Below, in pieces: positions 1 through 13,825 of a stretch of DNA of 64,000 bases. Position 1 is the first letter of the stretch. Each line of letters starts with the position of its first letter. The notes beneath the pieces are model-generated. The model searched no databases. It had not been told where the DNA came from and saw nothing but the letters and a program-made list of their open reading frames with translations. Position numbers and translations under genes: made by a program. Source of the DNA: Eledone cirrhosa (lineage: Eukaryota); assembly GCA_964016885.1 (NCBI GenBank), contig OZ024747.1, positions 37,076,001 through 37,140,000 of the forward strand, written 5' to 3'.

Positions 1-351
1 TCTTACGATTCAAGGGATGACAATTTCTTTTCTCTCACAACCTTGCCACCAGAAAGGTGGCCGGTCAAAAAAATATACTAGAAATTAAGAGAAAGAGATG
101 ACATACATACAAGTGTATTTGTAAGTGTTTCCTACAAACATTTAAAAATATGTTTCTTTTTCATATTCCCAAAGGTTGACTTTTTACGTCTATTATCAAG
201 AATTATGAGACAAATATTTTTGTATTTATGTCTTGTAGGAATAGCTCAACAAATCAAAACAGAAAAGAAGATATATATGTATATGTATTTATGTATGTAT
301 GTTATCGTGCGTAGGTGTACATGCATATATATATATATTTCCTATTTATAT

Positions 352-435
352 ATTTCCTATTTCCCACTTTACTACCCAAAGTATTGAGTACTCTGGTGCG
401 TTATAGTCCATTTGGTTCCTTACCAAAATTCCTTT
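352..435 (+). mobile_element. 3' tail fragment of a PLE-like short repeat family (same family as 12593-12780 and 40377-40555)
   Basis: ttcctatttcccactttactacccaaagtattgagtactctggtgcgttatagtccatttggttccttacca aligns by eye to 12702-12773 and 40472-40540; flanked by (TA)n. Confidence 0.7.
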
Positions 436-436
436 G

Positions 437-538
<102 letters not shown>

Positions 539-1658
539 ATAAATAGATAGATATGAAACCATATTTAGTAATAATCCAGACACTTCTACTTAATTTACAC
601 ACAGAGAGGGAGGTAGAGTGATGGTTTTGGGGACGAATAAAAAAGTAAGATTAAATAAACATCCAAGCGATAATTCCTTTGTCAAATGTTTAAACATAAT
701 TATTCCACTCACTTTTGATATTGAGATTATGTAATGTATTTCACTGTTAATAATTTGATATTTATTAAAGACCGTTAGCTTCTATTTAAGTAACACCAAA
801 GATGTCGTTAATCACAATCTTTTTAGAATTAATTTGAATCTAATGAAGAGCTACAAGCCAAATAATTTAATACATAAATTATACAAACGCGTTAAAAGTA
901 ACATGCCGTTAACACGTTAAAATCAAATGTTGAATTCATTAAAACTGATGATGAAAAAACTGTTTTGATGCATTCTAGATTAACAAAAATAAAATTAAAT
1001 AGGCGAACACATCATGAAATGAATTATGAAATGTCATTTGTCACCTTCACCACGGAGTTACACATTTATAATAAACTGAATTGTGATAATGTAACGTTTG
1101 TCGTTTTCAAGAGCAACAATGCTGTAATTGAAGGGAATAAAAATATCTTATCTCGCAATTGAAACAGGCTCGCAGGTTCGTTTAGCGAAGGGCTTACATT
1201 TTGCTTTTTGCGTTTTGTCACAGGAACAGAATATATTGAATTTTCTCATTGGTCGTAATGTACTCAATTTACTTTGGAGATTTCCGATAGCAAGAGAGGG
1301 TAGTTCATGTACATAAGAAGATATTCAAACTAAAGCACAAAGGATGAACTAATTATCGTAATATGATCGCCACTTGAGAATGTGTTTATGACTGAATTTC
1401 TATCTGATCAAACAAAAGCTTTCCTTAATCAGAAATACTTTATACCCCCCCCCCCCCCCCGAAAAAAAAATGCCGTTGTATTGTTTCTTCTTTTGTTACT
1501 AAAACAACACATCCACCTTCCAACCAATTGAGGGGGCCAGAAGGAAGGAAGTCGGGAAAGATGAGCTGATGATGATGACGAGGGGGGATGAGACGATGGA
1601 GGAGGAAGCTGATGTGATGATAAGGAAGAAGAGAAGGCGTATATGGTGGTGGATGAGA

Positions 1659-1689
<31 letters not shown>

Positions 1690-4600
1690 GGAGGAGGAGG
1701 AGGAGGAGGAGGGGAGGGTGGAGGAAGGGGAGAAGAAGGAGGAGGGGAGGAAGAGGACGTGTGGCTTTGACATTTGAAATCCTCTAAATCTAGTGAAATT
1801 GGTGTAGTTATGTTTATGTTGAACATCTATAGGTTGGTATCCATGGGAAACCGTGTGTGAGAAGACAAGACAATTTCAGTTTTGAAGAGAAAACGCTGGA
1901 AAAGTGCTTTGAATCTTTGCCAATAAGTTGGATATGCAATTGGGAATCGCCATGAGAGTTCACTAGTGAGGTCATCACGAGACATAATCATCATCATCAT
2001 ATGCTGCAATGCTGCAGTCTGACGAGAATATCCCGATTCGAGAAATATGAATTAAAGTGATGAATAATATTTCATAAATGTAACCAGATATACCACATGC
2101 TATGTTTGGCTGAAGGTTTTACTGATGTCAAGTACAACAACATTACTTTCCTTGAGCTTCTCAATGATGAGAGTTCACAGGTGAGTAACGTAAGAATGTA
2201 AGTTCCTGGGAGATATTTCTCTGCTGGGGATCACTGAGACGATACTACGTAGACAGTGAAAGGGTTAAATAAGTTTAATAACTGTGTCACCTTAATTATA
2301 TTGGAAATGAGACTACCTGGTCGGTATTTAGCAGGATCATAGGGTTTGCCTTTGGAAATTCGGACATGTCAATGCGTATTTCTATTACTATTACCTTACA
2401 ACTGCGAGTAGCCTCCTTAAGGTTTTAAAATATATTATTTTGATGGTAAAAGAGGAGGAAAGAGTATTCGTATGATCATGGTAACAATCCCTCTCTTAAG
2501 TCTGGTTGTAGGTGACGGGAGTGCAGCACATTTGTTGCCGGAGATAGCCGGTATAAAATTGGTGAAGCTCCAGCTAGAGCTTAATTATAGTACTAAAGAA
2601 TATACGGAACCGATCTGTCGAACTTTAAGCACTGAGAATATAGTGTTAATATAAATGATGATGTGCTCATGTGCAGAGATCCTATTTAAAAACACTATAA
2701 AGAGTTATCACGTCCCTTTAGTTTAACAATTTAAAGCACCTAGCTGGTACCTGAGAGTTATGGGGTTCAGTTCCTCATAATGCCCGATGGCAACTTATTT
2801 TTCCGTCTTTTGAGGGTCTTCACTCTATTTTATAAGCTTTTTTATGGTATCTCTACGAATGAACACATCTTTTATCAAGTACCGACGTTTGTGGAAGAGA
2901 ATGTTAGGTGGTGGGACGAGGTACAGAGTGCGAGTTTATTAAGTCACTACAGGACTATCCAATGAGTTCTAAATGGTTATTCCTGAGTAATGACTGGGAT
3001 TAGAAATAAGGAAACTATTAGTTGGTGTGTAGTATATCGGGGATAAGGCTAGGTGTGGGTATAACTATTGCAAACATTTCAGAATAACACAGGTTTTGCT
3101 TTCTATCAGCCAAATATCTGATAGAAGTAGATTGGGTGGGAAGCTGGAGACAAGAGCTGCATGTCGATGAATAGAATAGAGGGATGTTTACCTTCAGTAA
3201 GTAGAAGTCATTGTTGCTGATATCGAGATAGTGATATCAACATATATACTAAATACACATATATACTACAATTGAGAGCAAAGTTAGACTGTGTCACAAT
3301 AGCCAGGTCTTCAGAGTTAGGTTAAAGATAGATGAGCGAAGACTTGTATCACAGAGAAGGATATGCAGGGTTTGCGTATTTGTAAGGAGTGGTGGATGAG
3401 AGTAAGATTAGACTAAACTGTAAGAATATTTGCATAAAATAATAAGGGGCTGGATTTGTTTGGCGGATTTATCACCTTCGGTATTGTTTTTTTTTTTTTT
3501 ATGTTTCATATCATGTAATGTACCAACTGCTTTCTATTATATGGACTCGACTGTTAAATGCTAAGTAAAAGTCTTGGGTAAAGATGCGTTGACGGAAACC
3601 ATCGAAAACCAATTGGGTTTCCAGTAAGCAATCGTTATATCTACCAGCCTTCTTTGTTTACTTGTAGAGACAACAAAATCCCCACCAATGTCATCAATCT
3701 TACTTTATAAAATCCATAACTAAAATAGCATAACTAAGAAACCAATATCACACTGATAAATCGAATGTTTTTTCCCCACAATTCCCAGCTATATATATAT
3801 AATTATCAATCTTATCTACTTGATTTTTGCCAGTAGTTTACAGTTTGTTTTTTTAGGATTTTTTTCCTGGGAGTTATATTTGTTTATTTGATTTTGCTAA
3901 TTGTTTTTATTCTACGCGTATATGTTGTTTTTGTTGCATTTTCCTTGTTTTTTCCTTCGTTGTTTCTTTGTTTGTATTGCCCTTGTTTGTTTTTCTTATA
4001 AAGATATAAAGAAGGGGTTTCAAAATTCTTTAGCTTTCAGCCTATATTCATAGAACTTGTAAATCAATATTCTCTTGGCAATAAGTGCCCTTAGCATTTG
4101 CTTTTTAAACTAAGTTTCCTCCTATTCATTCTCCTAAACAAAATCCCCATGCATTGAAACGATATCTTTTCAATCGCACAACTCATTGAAAAACTAAAGT
4201 AAATCGAATCACATCCCATTTTTTGTATATTCTATCTAATACTATTCTTGTTTTCGAACTATTCCTAAAATCATGTTTATTTATATATTTCTTCATAATG
4301 TAGCATTTTCGTTTAAAACAACCAATAACTTTCTCACTTATCTTTTACAAATACGATCCAATTCTGTTACGGATTCAATTTTTTCTCAAGAATAAATACT
4401 TTTCTTTTTACTTGAAGCACAAATGTGTAAATCAAACAAACTGATTTTTCCTTCCTTTTCATTTCTGTTTTTTCTACTTCTCCAATAGAGACCAGTAAAT
4501 TTGTGTAGCAGTATGAGGTCTTACGAAATGTACGCAGACACTGTTCGATTGACGACATCTCCACTGTGTGGTTAAGAAGTCTGCTTTGCAGTTTGTGGTT

Positions 4601-5459
4601 TGGGATTCGTTGTTTTGAATGGCCTGCTAAAGACTTGCAAGTAATGTTTTGATAGATGGATGGAAACTGCATGGAAGCCCGTTGAAACCTTCGTACGTTT
4701 TATTATCAAAATCTGACACTTGCGTTCCTTTATGGAACGTGGAAACTTGAAGCTCATCAGAGTAATTCAATAAAATACTCAACTACTACAGAGTGTGTCA
4801 TGGTAGCTCATATCAGTAAATTAAAACATTCTCCGGAAGAAATAAATGACCTTCTTAATTTTGTTCATCTGGTACATCTAACCATCGTTAAGATGCTGGT
4901 GTGTAATCAAGGAAAAGTTTACCGCAAATTTTAGAAGATCAAGCGACCGCCTTAAAGCCTTGAAATTACATGCGAGACAGGTTGTGTTTGGCATTACTAT
5001 TTATTCTTCAAATAATTACTTTGTATAAAGAATATATATATATCATGCAAACTGGACTGAACATAAGATATATATTCTTTACCAAGCCTGATAAAGATAA
5101 TGATGGCACCAAAATTCCCTCAAAGCAAAACCGTACAGGTTTATATCTTCTAATGATAATCTCATAGGCTATTCTGAGCGCAGGGAGAATAAGAAGTGTG
5201 TTTCTATAACCTTCGTTTCTCCGCGAGAATTAAAATTAAAAAATTGTTAGTTATATGAATATTAAATATATTTTAAATCAATAAATATACATTAATTATG
5301 CGTTCACACTCTCATTCAGACGGTGGTTGGGTGCGGTGCATGCAATACAAGCTAGAACATTCAACAGCCTTCTGAATGAAAGTGTCATCACAAAACTTCA
5401 CACTTTATGCTATAATGCTTCAGGCGAATAAATATAATTATATTCTACACCTATATATA

Positions 5460-5554
<95 letters not shown>

Positions 5555-5594
5555 CTTATGTATGTGTATTTATACATATGTATAAATGTGTGCG

Positions 5595-5622
<28 letters not shown>

Positions 5623-5625
<3 letters not shown>

Positions 5626-6025
5626 TGGCTGCCAACTCGTTTTTGAGTACGGCCACTACTTTATATCCATGTAGGAGAACCCCTACCGATGCGCTGAACG
5701 AGTGTGACTTTTTAGTCCAGCCAGCGACTTGAAACCTCTGGTACAAACACTACACCTGTGACAATTATTGACACATAGTGCTGGGCCCATGTGAGGACAA
5801 GTGCAGAGAGATCTCCAGATATAAAGCAATGCCTGTGCTGTGAAGCTTTTATAGTGAGCAAAGGCACTGCACAAAGCCAGTCCCACTCTCTTAACCAAGA
5901 TGATATTTACCAAAAAGAAGAACAAGTCAACATCATTGGATACTATCAGGGTTGCAGGTGTTATATCAGAGTTTTCCTTCTCCTAGAATTCTGCCTTGAC
6001 AAAGGCTAAAGGGTCATCTCTCCCA
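5623..6025 (-). mobile_element. Non-autonomous bipartite RTE-derived retroposon, 5'-truncated copy
   Basis: Reverse complement of ~38740-39145; encodes only the C-terminal motif CSVCTRGFKSLAGLKSHTRSAH typical of RTE ORF ends; flanked by (TA)n. Confidence 0.7.
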
Positions 6026-6050
6026 TATATATATATACATACGTACATAC

Positions 6051-6148
<98 letters not shown>

Positions 6149-6193
6149 GTACATACGTACATACATACATACGTATATACATATGTATGTACG

Positions 6194-6244
<51 letters not shown>

Positions 6245-6266
6245 GCATATATATATATATGGATGA

Positions 6267-6330
<64 letters not shown>

Positions 6331-6710
6331 ATATATATATAACACTGAAACCTAATACAATACTGACACTATCGACATCGGCAACATTTGACGGTATTCT
6401 AATATCCTATGTCTGTTGGTAATAATGAAGACAAACCACTCTTTAATACTGTACATCAACAGCTAAAATCCTGGGTGATTTATTAAGTAATAAATTTGAC
6501 TGAACAACTTCAAAGTGAATTCGCCTGTCTGCAGAGAGTTGTAGCTTATGAGCCACAGTCATACATTCCCCCTCCTCTGCCTTTCAGCATAATTCTTCCA
6601 ATCTTTTTTAGACGTACAATATCATTTTTTTTATTTCTCTCTATCTTCATCCACCTATCTGACCCCCTCTCTCTCTCCCTCTCCCTTTCTCTCTCTCTCT
6701 CTCTCTCTCT

Positions 6711-6783
<73 letters not shown>

Positions 6784-7049
6784 TTCTGTATATAACAATA
6801 TGTGCGGGTGTGTATGTATGTATATATTTATATATATATACTTACAAGTGGGAGCTTAGTAAAATCGAAGCTTTGGCTGTGCCCAAGCAAAGTCGACCTA
6901 CAATAAGGAATGAGTTAGCGAAGCATTCAATAAGGGTAGGTTCTTAGAGTAATAACATTACGTTTAAATAGCTTGACAAATTGAAAATTGTGGTAGGCAT
7001 ATATATTAGGATTGGTGCTCTGAAATATCGATGTATACATGAATGTATG

Positions 7050-7295
7050 TATACTATATTTGGCAATATACCGTATGTTTAATTTAAAACATTTTGAAGA
7101 CCTTGCGCTATCATTTTTAAAGTAGTGACTTTGTCACTTAGTTCTTTTTTCGGCAAAAGAACGGAGAGAAGCTAACAGAGTCTGTTTCCCGCTGTTGGCG
7201 ATTCTCAGATCCTCGGCTTTGCCGAAAATTATAGAGGCTGGATTCCTATAGAATTCCAGTAATAATCAGGAGCTGACAACGTGAAACAGGCTCTG
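7050..7295 (-). mobile_element. Diverged PLE-like 3'-end unit with degenerate hammerhead (family of 52340-52590)
   Basis: Minus strand reads cctgattattactggaattctataggaatc...ttttcggcaaa...CTGAGAA TCGC caaca GCGG GAAAC agactct GTT agct...tttgccgaaaa...taagtgac, collinear with 52355-52590. Confidence 0.7.
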
Positions 7296-7542
7296 TTTGT
7301 GTGTGTGTGTATGTATAGACAGATATATTTCTTTATTTGCCACAAGGGCGCACAAGTAAATGGGACAATACAAAGACAAGCCGTGTAAAAAATATAAAAA
7401 CAAACAATTACAACAATCGAAATCCCCAATAGGGGGGAAGCTCCACAAATGGGTTGTTTAATACCCCGTCGATAGAACAACCCTCAACTGCAGGAGCGTG
7501 TTGTGCAGGTGCTCCTTTCTTCCTTTTGCTCTCTTCTTCAAC

Positions 7543-9816
7543 CTACAGGCTTATAAACAGAGAAGGCCCAATCACTCGGTCCAGCGTCCAGCGACGCTGT
7601 CGGACGTCATCGGTTTGCCTCTCCACGTACCGAGTTGCAAACCGACAGACTTGTCCGGGTTTAGTTTTGCTCCCGTCAGCGTTTCGTATTCTATCAGTAA
7701 GTTGCCGATCACCCCGATTTCCGAGGTGCTCGACACCATTATCGTCACGTCGTCGGCATAAGCCGACGCCGCTTTGCGCAGTCCCGATTCTAGAGGGATG
7801 CCCTGCAACAGCTCCAATTTCCGCAGTAGTGGCTCTAGAGTCAATACATAAAGAATGGAGGAGATAGGACACCCCTGTCGAATGGAACGCGTGATTGCGA
7901 ACGACTCCGATAGGTAGCCGTTCACCTTGACCCTCGAGCAGTTGCTGGTGTGTATCGCCTCGATCCAGCCTCTGAACACGGGACCGAAACCGGCCGCCTT
8001 GAGAACCGCTTCCAAGTATCGATGGTCGACCCCATCGAATGCCTTAGACTGATCCAAATTGATCAGAGCCCCACCGAAGCCGGGTTTACTACCCACCCTC
8101 TCTATGATGTATCGCATGAGGTGGAGGTTGTCGTGTATCGACCTGGTCGGGATTGCACACGTTTGCGCTATCCCTACCAGGTTCTCGACAACAAGCGCCA
8201 ACCTCGTCGCTAGCACCTTGGCCAAAATCTTTAACTCTGTGTTGAGCAGAGTTATGGGCCTGAAGTTGTTAATTTCGTCCCCCTTGTTCTCGTCTTTCCT
8301 GATCAGCGTTACTACGCCCTTGCCTGCAGAACTGGGAATTCTCCCGTTCTGCTGCCAATTGCAGTAGAGGGCTTCGAGGACGCTAGAGAACAAGTCCGGC
8401 ATGCCTATGTAAAACTCATAGGGTAGACCATCTAGACCGGGTGACTTACGTTTTCCGCAGCGGCCCAGAGCGTCCCGTATCTCAGTGTCCGTGATTGGTC
8501 TATTGCAGAACTCGGCGTCCGTGTTCGAGAGACGCGGCAGGCCGTCGAGGTATGAACTAAAGTTCATTGCCCCATTCGGCTCACCGTCGTTCTGCTCAAA
8601 CAGTCGCGCAAAGTGCTGCTGAAAGGCCACGCACATTTGCTTGGGGTCAAGAAGCACTGGTCCGTTTTGATCTTTCGAAGACCGAATCGTGGAGTTGTTG
8701 CCACTTTTTGCCTCCGCCACTCGGGCCCAGCTGACAGCTTTCGCTCCTTCATTTCCTAGAGCGCTTGTTTTGCTTCTGACCACACAGCCTTCGTGTTTCG
8801 CATCGAAGAACTGGTCCTGTGCCGTTCTCGACGCTAACACACTAGCCGCATTGCCACTTCTAAATGCCTCCTCTACCTTGGCTATTAGTTCTCTTTCTAG
8901 TTTGTTTTTCTCTAAGGCTAACTCTCTGCTAAAACCTATCAATTCTATTCTAATTGCTTTCTTGAGAGAGTACCACCATCTATTGTTGACGATGGCTCCT
9001 GTTAACTGTTTCTTGACTAGTCTACTTATCCGTTCACTGTAAGCTTTACGTGCCGGCAACGACACGTTCAGCTTCCAGTATCCGGGTCCTTGTGTATGTG
9101 TTCTATCACGGTTGACTAAGCAGACGACTAATTTGTTATCTGAATAGGCAACCATGTGCATTCGTGGACAGCTTAACATCTCCTTGTCCCTTTCTTTAAT
9201 GAAGAACCTATCTAAATACGATCTAGATGTCCCGCTGCGGTTTTCCCACGTCCACTGTGGTGCAGTCGGGAAATCCAGTCGATACCTATCGGCCAGTTGG
9301 AATTGGCCGATTAAAGTTTTGAGGCTGTTGCACCCCGCTATACTGGGACATGCTCCCACATAGTCCCATCGTGCATCTAGGATACCATTCCAGTCCCCCA
9401 CTAAAAGTAAGGCATTAGACGCTCCCAGAAAGGACTCTAGACGCTTAAAGTCTGGCCGTGATTGCGATTGCCCGGTCGGGGAATAAACGGCCACCAGTCT
9501 GAAGGCTCCACCTACAATACTGTTCACGTCTAGGATTACCAGTCTACCCTCCGGGTCCAAGTGTACTTGCTGTACTTCGACGTCCAGGTTCTTCCGAAAC
9601 ATGACAACCACTCCACCCCCACCTCCTGGTTGACAGAGAGATGCGTAGATCTCAAAGTCATCGAAGATGGGGTTAGTTGCTGCCTGTTGTGGATCCTGGA
9701 CTCGGTGATGGCTATCACATCCATACCGTGTGACCTAAGGTCGTTTAAAAGTTGGCCCTGTTTCCAGGGCATCCCTAGGCACGCACATTCACGCTTCCAA
9801 CTCCTAAACTAGCCAT
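7543..9816 (-). pseudogene. Tx1/L1 ORF2 (APE endonuclease + reverse transcriptase), frameshifted at N-terminus, C-terminal part deleted
   Basis: GDWN, SYLDRF, GPGYWKLN, KSPGLDGL, FRPITLLN, DQSKAFD, RQGCPIS, YADD motifs; jumps from GRWT to the terminal VIGPSLFISL*. Confidence 0.93.
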
Positions 9817-9857
9817 GTTGGTGAAGAAGATTTGGAGAAAAAGGGCGAAAGGTGCAC

Positions 9858-11700
9858 TTACCTTTTCGTTTTCTGGAGATCGGGTTGTTCAATCTCCATT
9901 TGGGTGCTGGATGGGGTGTTGGGTGGGGTGGGGAAACATTTTAACAGGACGCGGTTGATGGGTTTCTGGCAGGGGTTCCCCACGTCCTGTGAACATTTAT
10001 TTTTTAGGTCATTATAGGTTTCCATAGAAACCCTTATAAGTTTAAGGTGTGGAGACGATTCTGCTTTGACGAAAGTTTTGCCCTCCGTCTCCACCTTGGG
10101 GTTTTGGGAGATGACCTCCATCAAATTCTTGTTGTTTGTGTTGATGTATGTGTATTGTTGTTTGTGTTTTTGTTATGTTGTTTTAGTTTGTTTTTCGTCC
10201 GGGAGTTTTCTTTTTATGGTGGGTGCTTGTGTTTGGGGTGGTGTTGGTGTTGGTTTTGCTGATATGGGGATGTTTGACTGTGGTGTTGTTTGTGTTGTTG
10301 TTTGTGTCTGTGGTTGTGTTGGTGTTGGTGATTGGAGTTTTGGGCGTTTTGTGGTGTCTCTTTTTTTTGTTTTTTAGATTTCCGCGGCTCTCCCTCTTCT
10401 TCACTTAAAGAAGGAGAAGCAGCTTAATCATCGGCAGGTGTGTGGGGTAGGGGTATGTTGTGTGGTGGTGGTGTTTCGGAGTGAGTGTTTGTGGTAGTGT
10501 TTGATGGAGTGGGATGGGGTGGGGCTGTGTTCTTCAGGGGTTTGTCTCTGTTTTTTCTGTTGTTGTTGGTTGAGTATCTGTTTGTTTTGGTGTGGTTGCT
10601 CGTTTCGTCTGTTGTTGTACTTGTGGTGGTGGTGGTTGTTTTGGTGTTGGTGTTGGTAATAGTGTTTTTTTAATGATGTTTTTTGTTGTGTGTTTGTGAA
10701 GGACAAGAGGCTTTTAGGTGTGCTGTGCTACCACAGCGAAAGCAATCAAATTTTCGTCCTTCTACCGAAATGTTTATTTTGTGGTTATCATCGATGATGA
10801 CTCTTTCGGGTATTTTGGAGATTCTCTCCGGCCTCATTTGCAACAGAATCTCCAAATCAGTACCCGCCCACCTTTGTCGAATAGACTTTAGTATCGAAAG
10901 AACCATATCAGTTTCTGGCTCTACGAAGCCAGCCAAGATCCACCAGATGTTAATGTTTGGGGGTATATTTTTATTTTTTTATTTTTTGTGTCCTTTTTCC
11001 CATGTATGTAGGGAAAAAGGTGAATGCTTTTGACACCATTGGTGTCACAGAATGTTTTTGAGCGAGTGCCTCGCTTTTAAACAGTACGGAAACACTTCCG
11101 TACTCTTTTCCTCGTTGGAGAAAATCGATATTAGCTAGAATTTCCTTGAAAGTAGCTTCTATATCTGCTTGACTAACAAATATCGGCTTTCTCGTGGAAT
11201 TGGAAACAGTCCTAAAGGTGACTGCTCTTCGAATTGTGTCTTCCTTTATTTCAAGGGGTGAGTTAATTCTAAAACTCACACCTTTCTCTTCGAAAGTTAC
11301 AAATTTTCTCCCTTGCTGGAGCATATCTCTCGCATTTGAGATGTCAAGATTTATAAAATCTTGTTTTTTGTTCACTGTTTCAGCGAAAGACATTTTCTTT
11401 TTTTCTGTGATGTTGCTGTTGTTGTTGTTGTTATCGTTGTTAGCCTCGGTGTTGGAAATCTGAGTTCCTCGACGAGGTGAAACTTTATGTGTAGATGTAT
11501 CTGTGGAGTTGTTGATGTCTTTTTCATGTGTATGTATGTTAATAGGTTTAATTTCTGTGTTTTCATGTGAGTTAGTGTTATTTTTCTCCGCTTCGACGGT
11601 AGAAATTGTACAATTTTCGAGTGGTAACATTTTTTTCCTCTTTGTTGACAGTCGTAACTATGGCGACGTCCATAGTAGCAGAAGCAGATATAACGTTAAA
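9858..11700 (-). pseudogene. Tx1/L1 ORF1 (RRM-like region + CCHC zinc knuckle), fragmented
   Basis: SFAETV motif; CFRCGSTAHLKASC in 10670-10936; split over several frames; upstream of ORF2. Confidence 0.8.
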
Positions 11701-11967
11701 ATCTTCCTCTTTCTCTCTCTTTTCTCTATTGACGTTCTCCAGCGTTCTCTTCGTGTTATTCATATTTTATAGTTTGCAAAATTTGATATTTAAAACAATT
11801 TTTAAATTAAATTTTGGCCCCTAAAGGGGCGAAAAATGGGATTACCACCCAGCTGACAATTCAGCTTGGGGGTTAATCTACAAAATAATATGTTTTTAAA
11901 ACAATTTGTTCTGTTTTTCGTATATATATTTACAAAAATCTTACCTGCTATGTTCCACGCGTCAGGC

Positions 11968-12212
<245 letters not shown>

Positions 12213-12349
12213 TATAGTTATGTAATAAACAACATAAGGCAATTATTCCATTTACCAGTGGTTATATATATATATATATAAAGGTAGAACACCGGAAGGT
12301 AATATCCGTAGTAGTAGACCACTCAGTCCACGGGACAAGTTTGGTAGAC

Positions 12350-12492
12350 GTAGTAACACAACAGTTAGTTCACCATACCGAGAACAATTGTTTTACCATA
12401 TGCGGATCTTCAGCTCGGACTGATCTGAGCTGAAGATCCGCATAAGGTGAAACGATTGTTCTCGGTATGGTGAACTAACTGTTGTGTTACTA
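12350..12492. repeat. ~67-bp-arm fold-back inverted repeat with a hammerhead motif in each arm
   Basis: Arms 12350-12417 and 12426-12492 are near-perfect reverse complements. Confidence 0.92.
12425..12465 (+). ncRNA. Type I hammerhead ribozyme motif (GUU cleavage triplet)
   Basis: ctgag CTGAAGA T CC gcataa GG T GAAAC gatt GTT ctcgg; the mirror copy on the minus strand has perfect stem I (ccgag/ctcgg) and an AATT loop but GAAA>AAAA. Confidence 0.65.
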
Positions 12493-12508
12493 ATTATATA
12501 TGACACCC

Positions 12509-12559
12509 AGCTTCCTGAAGATTTCATCTGAATGAAACAGTTCTAGTCCTGTAGAAGCT
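12509..12559 (+). ncRNA. Type I hammerhead ribozyme, apparently intact core
   Basis: agcttc CTGAAGA T TTC atct GAA T GAA ACAG ttctagtc CTGT A gaagct: stem I agcttc/gaagct, stem III ACAG/CTGT, GUA triplet; AATAAA ~10 nt downstream, then (TA)n. Confidence 0.8.
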
Positions 12560-12592
12560 CCTTCTATACAATAAATATATATATATATATAT

Positions 12593-12900
12593 ATAGGAAC
12601 GAGTAGGACCCCGACGGCTGAGCTCAAGCCGTTTCGACGGCTAATTCAGTCCAGAATTAGCCGTCGAAACGGCTTGAGCTCAGCCGTCGGGGTCCTACTC
12701 GTTCCTATTACCCACTCTACTACCCTAAGTATTGAGTACTTTGGTGCGTTATGGTCCACCTGGTTCCTTACCACATTTCTGGCTATTCTGGCTATTTCTG
12801 GACCTTATAAACTTGAGCTGGGTAGAAAAGTCGGGATATGGCGTCCAGAAATAGCCGTCGAAACGGCTTGTGCTCTGCCGTCGGAGTCATACTTTTTCCT
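12593..12900 (+). mobile_element. PLE-like short unit: 54-bp fold-back, hammerhead 3' half and tail, followed by a second partial copy
   Basis: Inverted arms 12593-12646/12655-12707; gtc GAA ACGGC ttgagctca GCCGT C gggg = GAAA, stem III and GUC; repeated at 12857-12885. Confidence 0.75.
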
Positions 12901-12951
12901 ATATATATATATATACATATATATTGTGTGTATATATATATATATATATAC

Positions 12952-13058
<107 letters not shown>

Positions 13059-13236
13059 CCTATCCGTTTTCCTTCATAGGTCTTAAAATTTACTTACGTT
13101 TACTTAATCGCAATCGGTTCTAAAGCGTAATACCTCAAAGGCATTCCCTCCATTATAATCCAGTCACTATATACGTATATATACATGCCACTCCTGGATG
13201 AATATATATAAGTGTGTGTGTATGTTTATATATATA

Positions 13237-13312
<76 letters not shown>

Positions 13313-13659
13313 GCGAAGAGGTGCGTTAATTATACCCTCTTCTTTTTTATCTGCGGATTCCTATGTACTAACTCAAGAGATTGCAAATAAGCAAAGGAAA
13401 ACATTCTTCTATAAATTCTTACGAATTTTACAAATTTACTGTGGGTTAGTTCACATTTCTGGCTGTCAGTTACTCAATGAAACACAATTCCAAACGGGGA
13501 ATGCTTGAAACAATTAATATTTTCCCTCTTTTACCCGTAACTCCTAAGGTGCACAGCATACGGCGTTTCGTGGGCGTTTTTTTAAAACCTGGTGGAGCAC
13601 ATCTTCTCTCCATGCCTGAATACAGCAGATTTTTTTCAGAGAGTGAAACAATAGACGTG

Positions 13660-13825
13660 AGAAATAGATATAGAGGAAGACTCGACCCCAGTACTTGACT
13701 GATACTTTTTTTCTCGACCTGGAATGGATGAAAGGCAAAGTTGACGTCGTCGAGATTTAAACTGAGAGAACAGAGAGCCGAACCAAATAACTCAAAGCAT
13801 TCTATCTGAATTTCACCACCTTAGA
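13660..13825 (-). mobile_element. tRNA-derived SINE (diverged)
   Basis: tcgacctggaatggatgaaaggcaaagttgac matches the conserved central domain of the copy at 27262. Confidence 0.7.

Larger units (their letters stand above)
7318..11968 (-). mobile_element. Tx1/L1-clade LINE, copy 1 (5' end present, frameshifted, internally deleted)
   Basis: ORF1 fragments plus APE-RT ORF2; 3' AATAAAGAAA near 7330; 5' end abuts (TAGA)n. Confidence 0.92.

Noticed and set aside
938-970. cattaaaa CTGATGA t GAAAAAAC tg ttttgatg hammerhead-like string
   Set aside because: No stem II and no valid stem III/cleavage triplet
1429-1826. Poly-Pro/Ser/Arg ORFs
   Set aside because: Derived from a (GGA)n microsatellite
2017-2055. 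CTGACGA GAAT atcccg ATTC GAGAA hammerhead-like string
   Set aside because: GAAA is broken and stems I and III are absent
1830-2268. Possible piggyBac remnant ending in cagtgaaagggTTAA
   Set aside because: Only one terminus-like motif, no matching left end or recognisable transposase
2800-3430. Possible very old PLE RT remnant on the minus strand
   Set aside because: Only faint DITIS/HP-like traces, too decayed to call
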